Origin: Trueperaceae bacterium
GTDB taxonomy: Bacteria; Deinococcota; Deinococci; Deinococcales; Trueperaceae
Assembly (NCBI GenBank): GCA_034520945.1
Contig: JAXHNB010000009.1
Coordinates: 1 to 64,000 of the forward strand
Direction: 5' to 3'
Length of the DNA stretch: 64,000 bases
Shown here: in pieces, positions 51,597 through 59,730 of the stretch
How positions within the stretch are numbered: position 1 is the first letter of the stretch
Layout: each line of letters opens with the position of its first letter
The notes under the pieces: model-generated
Databases searched by the model: none
What the model was told of the DNA's origin: nothing
Seen by the model: the letters and a program-made list of their open reading frames with translations, nothing else
Translations under genes and position numbers: made by a program

Positions 51597-51750
51597 TGAT
51601 GCCCATGGGCATCAAGGCTGCCGCAATACCCATCTCGAAACCCTCGGTGCGTCCCTGACGGCATCTCGGCCCCCTTGCCGCGAAGATGAGGGCATTCTGA
51701 GCGCGCTGATGCCCATGGGCATCGAGGTGGCCCGCAACGCATGTCGACCT
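51597..51750. repeat. Twin palindrome element (REP-doublet-like)
   Basis: TGATGCCCATGGGCATCA (51597-51614) and GATGCCCATGGGCATC (51708-51723), 110 bp apart, with degenerate shared flanks. Confidence 0.8.
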
Positions 51751-51853
51751 CCGCCGGCGCCAGGGCGCGGGCCGGCCGAAGGCCCGAACGCCCCACGACC
51801 GGGACACGACGTGTTGCAGCCGGCGGTCTGATGATCTATGGTGGGCTCTAACC

Positions 51854-51871
51854 CCACCCCCCGAGGGGTGG
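51854..51871. promoter_or_regulatory. CsoR-type operator candidate
   Basis: CCACCCC-N4-GGGGTGG C-tract/G-tract inverted repeat 35 nt upstream of the copper ATPase. Confidence 0.6.
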
Positions 51872-51905
51872 ACGCCAACGGAGTCTCGGCTGGATGGGAG
51901 CCCGC

Positions 51906-53918
51906 ATGCACGACGCGCACGACGAACACGGCAACGGCGGTCACGCGGAAGGCGGCCACGACAAGCACGCGGGGCACAGCCCGGCCATGTTCCGCGACCG
52001 GCTGTGGTTCAGCCTGGTGCTGAGCGTGCCGATCCTCTACCTCTCCGAGGCGTTCCAGGCATGGTTCGGCTATCAGGCGGTGGCGTTTCCCGGTGCGGCG
52101 TGGGTGAACCCCGTGCTGGCCACGGCCATCTTCGTGTACGGCGGCATGCCGTTCCTGCGGGGCGCCCGGCACGAACTGGCGGAGCGGGCGCCCGCCATGA
52201 TGACCCTGATCGCGTTGGCGATCAGCGTGGCGTACCTGTTCTCGATGGCCGTCACGTTGGGGTTCCCGGGGACGCCGTTCTTCTGGGAGCTGGCGACGCT
52301 CATCGACGTGATGCTGCTGGGGCACTGGATCGAGATGCGCAGCGTGCAGAACGCCAGCCGGGCGTTGGACGAACTGAGCGAGCTGATGCCGTCGGTGGCG
52401 CATCGGTACGTGGGTGACCAGCAGGTGGAGGACGTGCCCGTCGATCGCCTGCGCCTCGGCGATCGCATCCTGGTCCGGCCCGGCGAACAGATCCCCGCCG
52501 ACGGCGAGGTGCAGGACGGCACCAGCAGCGTGAACGAAGCCTTCCTCACCGGCGAGTCCCGGCCGGTGACGAAGGAGTCCGGCAGCGAGGTGGTCGCCGG
52601 CGCGGTCAACGGCGAAGGCGCCCTCGACGTCGAGATCACCCGCACCGGCGACGAGACCACCCTGAGCCAGGTCATGCGCCTGGTGGACGAAGCGCGCACC
52701 AGCCGCAGCCGCTTCCAGGGGTTGGCCGACCGCGCCGCGGGCTGGTTGGCCTACGTCGCCGTCGCGGTCGGCGCCATCACCTTCCTGACCTGGCTCGGTG
52801 TGCGCGGCGACGTGTCGTTCGCGGTGACGCTCGCCGTCACGGTGCTGGTGATCGCCTGCCCGCACGCCCTGGGGCTGGCCATTCCGCTGGTCACCGTGAA
52901 CGCCACCAGCGTGTCCGCGCGGAACGGCATCCTGGTCCGCAACCGCGACGCCTTCGAGCGGGCGCGCGACCTCCGCTTCGTGGCGTTCGACAAGACCGGC
53001 ACGTTGACCGAGGGCGCCTTCGCCGTCACGCACGTCGAGACCGACGACATCGGCGAGGACGAGGCGTACCGATTGGCCCTCGGCCTGGAGGCGAAGAGCG
53101 AGCATCCCCTCGCCCAGGCGGTGATGGAGGCCGGGGCGGGCCGCGACGCGGCCGCCGTCGACGATTTCACGGTGGAGTCCGGCAAGGGCGTCGAAGCCCG
53201 CGTCGAGGGTGTCACCTACCGCATGGGCCGCCCCGAATGGCCCGACGAACTGGGACTCCAGACCTCCCCGTCGCTTCGCGAGGCGTTGGAGCGCGCGGAA
53301 GGGCGCGGCGAGAGCGTGATCGCCCTCATGAACGAGCGCCGCACGCTGGCGCTGTTCGCGTTGGCGGACCAGGTCCGGCCCAGCGCCAAGCGCGCCGTGG
53401 CGCGCCTCCAAGAGCTCGGCATCGAGCCGGTCATGATCACCGGCGACGCCGAGGCGGTCGCCGCGTCCGTCGCCGCTGAGCTCGGCATCGAACGCTACTC
53501 GGCGCGCGTCCTGCCGCAGGACAAGTCGGAGAAGGTGAAGGAGCTCCAACGCACGGGCCCCACCGCGTTCGTCGGCGACGGCATCAACGACGCACCCGCC
53601 CTGCTCCAGGCAAACCTTGGCGTCGCCATCGGCGCCGGCACCAACGTCGCGATCGAAAGCGCGGACCTGGTCCTCGTCCACGACGACCCCGAGGACGTGC
53701 TGCGGGCCCTGCAGCTCAGCCGCGCCACCTACGCCAAGATGATCCAGAACCTGATCTGGGCGACCGGCTACAACGTGGTCGCGCTTCCGCTGGCCGCCGG
53801 CGTGCTCTACCCCATCGGCATCACGCTGTCCCCCGCCGTCGGCGCGCTGCTGATGAGTGCCAGCACCGTCATCGTCGCGATCAACGCGATGACCTTGCGA
53901 CGCGTGCGGTTGACGTAA
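51906..53918 (+). CDS. copB: Copper-translocating P1B-type ATPase (CopB / P1B-3 type)
   Basis: His-rich N terminus; TGES; CPH; DKTGT; SEHP; GDGIND; YN and MSAS TM motifs. Confidence 0.88.
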   Translation: MHDAHDEHGNGGHAEGGHDKHAGHSPAMFRDRLWFSLVLSVPILYLSEAFQAWFGYQAVAFPGAAWVNPVLATAIFVYGGMPFLRGARHELAERAPAMMTLIALAISVAYLFSMAVTLGFPGTPFFWELATLIDVMLLGHWIEMRSVQNASRALDELSELMPSVAHRYVGDQQVEDVPVDRLRLGDRILVRPGEQIPADGEVQDGTSSVNEAFLTGESRPVTKESGSEVVAGAVNGEGALDVEITRTGDETTLSQVMRLVDEARTSRSRFQGLADRAAGWLAYVAVAVGAITFLTWLGVRGDVSFAVTLAVTVLVIACPHALGLAIPLVTVNATSVSARNGILVRNRDAFERARDLRFVAFDKTGTLTEGAFAVTHVETDDIGEDEAYRLALGLEAKSEHPLAQAVMEAGAGRDAAAVDDFTVESGKGVEARVEGVTYRMGRPEWPDELGLQTSPSLREALERAEGRGESVIALMNERRTLALFALADQVRPSAKRAVARLQELGIEPVMITGDAEAVAASVAAELGIERYSARVLPQDKSEKVKELQRTGPTAFVGDGINDAPALLQANLGVAIGAGTNVAIESADLVLVHDDPEDVLRALQLSRATYAKMIQNLIWATGYNVVALPLAAGVLYPIGITLSPAVGALLMSASTVIVAINAMTLRRVRLT

Positions 53919-54297
53919 CGGTCGATGTGCGGCCACGACCGGCCGAAAACGCCGGTGTCCTGCCTACCGTAGGTTCAGGCTTCTGAGCGGAGCCGCGGTC
54001 TTCCCGCGAGGCCTGCTCGCACCGGTTGGCGCGCACGGTTCCAGACCGGACCATACCCGAGTCGTACACTCATGTTTGTGCGCCCCTGACAGGACAGATG
54101 CCCCGGCGAATTGCCTGAACCATGCCGTATTTTGCGGTATCGGAACCACGCAGCGTCGCGGGCCTGGCCGTGCCGTTGAACCGTGACGCAAAAGGGGGTT
54201 TCACGTCCGTCCAACACGAGCCTGCCTCGAGGCGCCGGGACTCGGGCCCGCTTGCCGGTGCATCGCGCCACCGGTCCACACCCGCAAGGAGGAGCGC

Positions 54298-55551
54298 ATG
54301 AGCCGACCGCATCCGGACCCAGGAGCCCCCCGCGACGACAGGGCGCTCGACCGCGCCACACGCGAGCACTACGAACGGCTGGCCGCCGAGGCCGACCGGC
54401 ACCTCGACGAGTTGGAGGCCCGCGCGCCGCTGAACGACGTCACGTTGGAGGACGTCCTGGCGCGCCGCGGCATCTCGCGACGCGACTTCTTGAAGCTGTC
54501 GGCCGTGATGACCACCACCATGGCGCTTCCCTCCATCTTCGACCTGCGCGTGGCACGGGCGGCCGAGTTGAGCACGCGATTGCCGGTCATCTGGCAGGAG
54601 TTGCAGTCGTGCACCGGCAACAGCATGGCGCTGATCCGGAACGCCGACCCCGGCATCGATACGCTGATCCTGGACCTGTTGAGCCTGGAGTACGCCGAGG
54701 TGCTGATGGCCCCCTCGGGCCAGGCGGCCGAGGACGTGCTGGAGGCGGCGATCGAACGCAACGACGGCCAGTACATCGCCGTGTTCGAAGGCTCAGTGCC
54801 GGTGGCCGCCGACGGGTCGTTCCTGACGATCGGCCCGGCGGGCGAGACGGGCGCCGACAAGGTCGTGCACGTGGCGTCGCACGCGGCCGCCGTGATCACC
54901 GCCGGGACGTGCGCGTCCTACGGCGGCATCCCCGCGGCCAACCCCAACCCCACCGCGGCGCTCGGCGTGGGCGACTTCCTGAACACCCGTGGGGTCCGCA
55001 AGCCGGTCGTGAACCTGCCGGCCTGCCCGGTGTCCAGCACCAACGTGGTGGGCACCATCCTGGAGTACGCCATGTTCGGGCGGCTGCCCTCGCTGGACGC
55101 GTACGGGCGTCCCTTGTGGGCGTACAGCCAGCGGATCCACGACAAGTGCGAACGGCGCGGCCACTTCGACGCCGGCGAGTTCGTGGAGGGATGGAGCGAC
55201 ATCGAAGGCATGAAGCGCGGCTTGTGCCTGTTCAAGGTCGGCTGCAAGGGCCCGATGGCCTACAACAACTGCAGCGTGGTCCGCTACAACGAGGGCGCCT
55301 CCTGGCCGATCATGGCCGGCCACGGCTGCATCGGCTGCAGCGAGCCGAACTTCTGGGATTCGATGAGCCCCTTCGAGGTCCCCCTGGCGCGGCGCGTGTA
55401 CCAAGCACCGTTCGGGACCGACGCGGACGCCGACACCATCGGCCGCGTGGCCCTGGGCGCTGCCGCCGTCGGGGTCGCGGCCCACGCGGGCGTGACCGCC
55501 GCGAAGGGCGTTCGCGAGCGGCGCGAGGCATCTCGCGAGAAGGAGGAGTGA
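54298..55551 (+). CDS. [NiFe]-hydrogenase small subunit (Tat-exported, membrane-anchored)
   Basis: SRRDFLK; CTGN; GTCASYGG; ACP; HDKC...CLFKVGCKGP...NC...CIGC; C-terminal TM with His. Confidence 0.92.
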   Translation: MSRPHPDPGAPRDDRALDRATREHYERLAAEADRHLDELEARAPLNDVTLEDVLARRGISRRDFLKLSAVMTTTMALPSIFDLRVARAAELSTRLPVIWQELQSCTGNSMALIRNADPGIDTLILDLLSLEYAEVLMAPSGQAAEDVLEAAIERNDGQYIAVFEGSVPVAADGSFLTIGPAGETGADKVVHVASHAAAVITAGTCASYGGIPAANPNPTAALGVGDFLNTRGVRKPVVNLPACPVSSTNVVGTILEYAMFGRLPSLDAYGRPLWAYSQRIHDKCERRGHFDAGEFVEGWSDIEGMKRGLCLFKVGCKGPMAYNNCSVVRYNEGASWPIMAGHGCIGCSEPNFWDSMSPFEVPLARRVYQAPFGTDADADTIGRVALGAAAVGVAAHAGVTAAKGVRERREASREKEE

Positions 55552-55554
55552 GCC

Positions 55555-57246
55555 GTGGCCAGCAAGCACGTGATCGACCCCATCACCCGCATCGAGGGGC
55601 ACCTGCGCATCGAAATCGACGTCGGCGACGGCGGGCAGGTCGAGGAAGCCGCCAGCAGCAGCACCGCCTTCCGCGGGTTCGAGACGATCATGAAAGGACG
55701 CGATCCGCGCGACGTCGGCCTGTTCGCCCAGCGGATCTGCGGCGTGTGCACCTACCATCACTACGAACGCGGGGTGGAGGCGACCGAGCGGGCCTATGAC
55801 GTCCAAATTCCGCCGAACGCCCGCCTGCTGCGCAACCTCATCTGGGCGGCGCAGCTGGTGAACGACCACACCACGCACTTCTACCAACTGCACTCGATGG
55901 ACTGGTGGGACGTCATCTCCGCCTTGGACGCCGACCCGGTGCTGGCCACCGCCGTGGCGCACCAGTACCACGAAACCCCGTACAACGCCTCCGAGAGTCA
56001 CTACCGGCAGGTGCTGGCGCGCCTGAGCGCGTTCGCGCAGAGCGGGCAGTTGGGGCCGTTCGCGGGCGGCTACTGGGGGCACCCGAAGTACGCCCTGACG
56101 CCCGAGGAGAACCTGGTCCTGGCCTCGCACTACCTGGACAACCTCGCCGTGCAGCGGGCCAGCGCCAAAGCCAGCGCCATCTTCGGCGGCAAGAACCCGC
56201 ACCCGCAGAGCCTGATCGTGGGCGGCGTGACCTCGGTGCGTGACGCGTTGGACGCGCACCGGCTGGCCGAGTACCAGTTCCTGATGAAGCAGGCCATGGA
56301 CTTCGTGAACCGCGCCTACCTGCCGGACATGGAACTGTTGGCCGACCGCTACCGCGACGAGGCGTTGGCAGGGCACGGCGGCGGCCTGCGCAACTACATG
56401 AGCTTCGGCGCCCTGTCGCTGGACGAGCAGCCGTGGGACCGCCGAGCGTTCTTCCTGCCCGCCGGGTTGGTGCTGGACCGAAACCTGGACGAGGTGCAGT
56501 CGGTCGACCCGATGCGGATCGGCGAGGAGGTCGCGCACGCCTGGTACGACTACGAGGGCGACGAGGCGTCGCTCCACCCGCTCCAGGGACAGACGAACCC
56601 CGCCTACGAGGGCCTGAACGACGATGGCACCCTCAAGACCGAGGGCGGCTACAGCTGGGTCAAGTCGCCCCGCTACGACGGCACGCCGGTCGAGGTCGGC
56701 CCGCTGGCCCGCCTGATCATCGCCTACGCCAGCGGCCACGAAGGCGTCCGTCAGAGCATGGACGACTTCACCTCGCGCCTGGGCGTGCCGTTCGAGTTCT
56801 GGTACTCGACCGTCGGCCGCACCGTCGCCCGCGGGCTCGAGACGAAGTTGGTCGGCGACCGGCTGCCCGGCCTGATCGAGGAGCTGACCGGCAACGTCGG
56901 CGGCGGGGACGACCGCTTCTTCGCGCGCTACGACGCGCAGGACGGCGAGGGCTGGGCGATGGGCGAGGCGCCGCGCGGCAGCCTGAGCCACTGGTTGACC
57001 GTCCGCGACGGCGCGGTCGACAACTACCAGGCGATCGTGCCCTCCACCTGGAACGCCAGCCCCAAGGACGGACGTGAGCAACGCGGCGCCTATGAGGCGG
57101 CGCTGGTGGGCCAGCCGATGGCCGACCCGACCCGGCCGCTGGAGGTGGTGCGGACCGTCCACTCGTTCGATCCCTGCCTGGCCTGCGCCGTGCACATCCT
57201 GAACCGCGACGGCCAGGAGATCGCCCACCACGAAGTGGAGGTGTGA
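55555..57246 (+). CDS. [NiFe]-hydrogenase large subunit (group 1)
   Basis: DPITRIEGH; L1 QRICGVCTYHH; L2 SFDPCLACAVH with a cleavable C-terminal tail. Confidence 0.95.
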   Translation: MASKHVIDPITRIEGHLRIEIDVGDGGQVEEAASSSTAFRGFETIMKGRDPRDVGLFAQRICGVCTYHHYERGVEATERAYDVQIPPNARLLRNLIWAAQLVNDHTTHFYQLHSMDWWDVISALDADPVLATAVAHQYHETPYNASESHYRQVLARLSAFAQSGQLGPFAGGYWGHPKYALTPEENLVLASHYLDNLAVQRASAKASAIFGGKNPHPQSLIVGGVTSVRDALDAHRLAEYQFLMKQAMDFVNRAYLPDMELLADRYRDEALAGHGGGLRNYMSFGALSLDEQPWDRRAFFLPAGLVLDRNLDEVQSVDPMRIGEEVAHAWYDYEGDEASLHPLQGQTNPAYEGLNDDGTLKTEGGYSWVKSPRYDGTPVEVGPLARLIIAYASGHEGVRQSMDDFTSRLGVPFEFWYSTVGRTVARGLETKLVGDRLPGLIEELTGNVGGGDDRFFARYDAQDGEGWAMGEAPRGSLSHWLTVRDGAVDNYQAIVPSTWNASPKDGREQRGAYEAALVGQPMADPTRPLEVVRTVHSFDPCLACAVHILNRDGQEIAHHEVEV

Positions 57247-58115
57247 TCGTGGCGAGCCGTGCCCGCCGCACCCGGCCGGAAGCCGTGGTCGTGCAGCGGC
57301 CGGGGCGACCGAGGATGGTGATGTACGTCTTCGGGCGCTTCATCCGGGCCGCGCACTGGATCCGCAACGGCCTGTTGATCTGGCTGGTGATCAGCGGTTT
57401 CTACCTGGCGAATCCGTTCCTGGCGCGGAACCCCGTCACCGACACCAGCAGCAACTTCGTCCTGGCGCAGGTCCGTGGCCTGCACGTGATGGCGGGGTGG
57501 CTGCTGCTGGCGTTCACGCTGGTGCGCATCTACCAGTTCCTGTTCATCCGCCGGGACGGGCGCCTGGGCCTCGGCGCCGAGCTGCGCATGGCGCCGATCC
57601 TGCTGAACTGGAAGGCGTGGCGCGACCAGCTGGCGTTCTATCTGCTGCTCCGGCGCGACCATCCGCACTTCACCTACAGCAACTACGGGCCGCTGCAGTA
57701 CCTGGTGTACACGCTGCTGTACGCGGCGCTGCTGGTGATCAGCGTCACCGGCATCCTGTTGGCCGCGCCGTACGTGCAGGGCGGGCTGGCCAGCTTCGGC
57801 GCCGGCCTGCTGCGGCCGATCGAAGTCGCACTGGGCGGCCTGGCCAACGTGCGAGCCCTGCATCACTTCACGATGTGGTTCTTCATCGTGTTCACGCTGA
57901 TTCACATCTACATGGCGGTGTGGAACAGTTTGCGCACGGGCAACATGCTGATCGAAGGCATCATCTCGGGCTTCAAGGCGGTGGACACCGAGGTCGAGCG
58001 GGCCACGGAGGCCGACGTGGCCCCGGACGCGGCCGATGACACGACGAACGCGACATCGAAGGACACCAAGGCGCAAGGGAAGGCGCAAGGCAAGGCGAAG
58101 GGCTCGAAGCGGTGA
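57243..58115 (+). CDS. Ni/Fe-hydrogenase b-type cytochrome subunit
   Basis: Four TM segments with His ligands AAHW, GLHV, ALHH, IHIY; YGPLQ; IISGFK. Confidence 0.88.
   Translation: MIVASRARRTRPEAVVVQRPGRPRMVMYVFGRFIRAAHWIRNGLLIWLVISGFYLANPFLARNPVTDTSSNFVLAQVRGLHVMAGWLLLAFTLVRIYQFLFIRRDGRLGLGAELRMAPILLNWKAWRDQLAFYLLLRRDHPHFTYSNYGPLQYLVYTLLYAALLVISVTGILLAAPYVQGGLASFGAGLLRPIEVALGGLANVRALHHFTMWFFIVFTLIHIYMAVWNSLRTGNMLIEGIISGFKAVDTEVERATEADVAPDAADDTTNATSKDTKAQGKAQGKAKGSKR
58068..58103 (+). repeat. Three-copy 12-bp tandem repeat encoding KAQG/KAQG/KAKG
   Basis: AAGGCGCAAGGG AAGGCGCAAGGC AAGGCGAAGGGC. Confidence 0.7.
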
Positions 58116-58669
58116 GCGGCGCACGCCCCCTCCTGGTCCTCGGCGTCGGCAACCTGTACTACGGCGACGAAGGGGCGGGCGTGCACCTGGTGCACCATCT
58201 GCGCCGCAAGTACGCCTTCCCCGAAGGCGTCGACGTCGTCGACGGCGGGACGCTGGGCTGGGACCTGCTGGGCATGATCGCCGAACACCACCACGTCATC
58301 CTGCTCGACGCCGTCGCGGCCCCGCCCGGCAAGATCTACCGCTTCGGCCGCGACGACGTGCCCGACGAGATCGGCTACGGCAAGCTCTCCTCGCACGAGT
58401 GGGAGGTGCCGGACCTGCTGAGCGCCATGGCGCTGTTGGGCGATCTGCCGGACGTGACCATCATCGCCATCGGCGTCGCGCCGCTGGAGTTCGAAACGGG
58501 ACGGGTCGGGGTCGCACTGAGCGCCCCCATTTTGGCCCGGATGGGGGCATGGGCCGAGGTGGTGCTCCGCGAATTGGCGCGCCACGGGGTCGCGCCGATC
58601 ACGGTCCGACCCGAGCTTCGCGCCGAACGTCCCCTCACCGCCGAGGAGATCGTGTTGCATCATGCATGA
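58112..58669 (+). CDS. Hydrogenase maturation endopeptidase (HyaD/HybD family)
   Basis: VLGVGNLYYGDEGAG; VDGGT; LDAV; SSHE. Confidence 0.9.
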   Translation: MSGARPLLVLGVGNLYYGDEGAGVHLVHHLRRKYAFPEGVDVVDGGTLGWDLLGMIAEHHHVILLDAVAAPPGKIYRFGRDDVPDEIGYGKLSSHEWEVPDLLSAMALLGDLPDVTIIAIGVAPLEFETGRVGVALSAPILARMGAWAEVVLRELARHGVAPITVRPELRAERPLTAEEIVLHHA

Positions 58670-59009
58670 GTTCGGGCTGGCCGTGAGCATGCTGGATCTC
58701 GCCGAACGCAGCGCGCGGGCGGACGGCGCGCAGCGCATCGACGTGATCCACGTCGAGATCGGCGCCTTGGCCGCCGTGGTGCCCGAAGCGCTCACGTTCG
58801 CGTTCGAGGGGGCACGCCTGGGCACCATGGCGGAGGGGGCACGCCTGGAGGTCACCTACCTCCCCGCCATCGCGTTTTGCGCGTCGTGCCAGCGCGAATT
58901 CGAGGCGTACGATGGCTTCGGCGTCGCGCTGTGCCCCGACTGCGACACGCCGTCGGCGGATCTGCGCCAGGGGCGCGAGCTGCGCCTGAGCCACTTGGAG
59001 GTGGCCTGA
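58662..59009 (+). CDS. hypA: Hydrogenase nickel metallochaperone
   Basis: MHE start; CASC and CPDC; GREL. Confidence 0.92.
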   Translation: MHEFGLAVSMLDLAERSARADGAQRIDVIHVEIGALAAVVPEALTFAFEGARLGTMAEGARLEVTYLPAIAFCASCQREFEAYDGFGVALCPDCDTPSADLRQGRELRLSHLEVA

Positions 59010-59728
59010 TGGCCGACACCCCGAACGTCCGCGACGTCCACCTCAGCGCTCACGGCACCGGCGTGGCGCCCGACCCCCGGGTCGTGCAGGTCCAGAAGTC
59101 GCTGATGACGCACAACGACACCGTGGCGCGCGCCAACCGTGAGGCCTTCGCCGGCAGCCTGGTGCTGAACGTCGTCTCCTCGCCCGGCTCGGGCAAGACG
59201 GCCCTGCTGGAGGGCACCGTGCGCGCCTTGGCCGGCCAGCTGTCGGTGGCGGTCATCGTCGGCGACCTGGAGACCGACAACGACGCCACGCGCCTGCATG
59301 CGGCCGGGGCGCCCTCGGTGCAGATCGCGACGGGGGCGGTGTGCCACCTCGAGGCCGAGATGGTGGCGCGGGCCGCCGAGCGGCTCGACCTGGACGGCCT
59401 GGACGTGCTGGTGGTCGAGAACGTCGGCAACCTCGTCTGTCCCGCCGCCTGGGACCTCGGCGAGGACCTGCGGGTGGTGCTCCTGGCCGTCACGGAGGGC
59501 GAGGACAAGCCCCTGAAGTACCCGCGGATCTTCAAGGATGCGCACGCGGTGGTGATCAACAAGATCGACATCGCGGACGCCGTCGGCTTCGACCGCGACC
59601 TGGCGCTGGACGCCGTCCACCGCGTCACCCCCGCCGCGCAGGTGTTCGAGCTCTCGGCCCGCACGGGCGAGGGCATGAACGCCTGGCTGGACTTCCTGCG
59701 AGAGCGCCGCAGCAGCAAGCGGGGCTGA
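59009..59728 (+). CDS. hypB: Hydrogenase nickel-insertion GTPase
   Basis: SSPGSGKT; CHL; ENVGNLVCPA; EGEDKPLKYP; NKID. Confidence 0.93.
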   Translation: MADTPNVRDVHLSAHGTGVAPDPRVVQVQKSLMTHNDTVARANREAFAGSLVLNVVSSPGSGKTALLEGTVRALAGQLSVAVIVGDLETDNDATRLHAAGAPSVQIATGAVCHLEAEMVARAAERLDLDGLDVLVVENVGNLVCPAAWDLGEDLRVVLLAVTEGEDKPLKYPRIFKDAHAVVINKIDIADAVGFDRDLALDAVHRVTPAAQVFELSARTGEGMNAWLDFLRERRSSKRG

Positions 59729-59730
59729 GC

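Noticed and set aside
51597..51723. Mini CRISPR array
   Set aside because: Only two 17-bp copies with about 93 bp between them; no cas genes or leader
54182..54205. CRP/FNR or Rex box upstream of the hydrogenase (CGTGA...TCACG)
   Set aside because: The half-sites are 14 bp apart, which does not fit those regulators
54590..54935. O2-tolerant group 1d hydrogenase with a six-Cys [4Fe-3S] cluster
   Set aside because: Both extra Cys positions are Gly (CTGN, CASYGG), and L1 begins QRICG rather than ERICG
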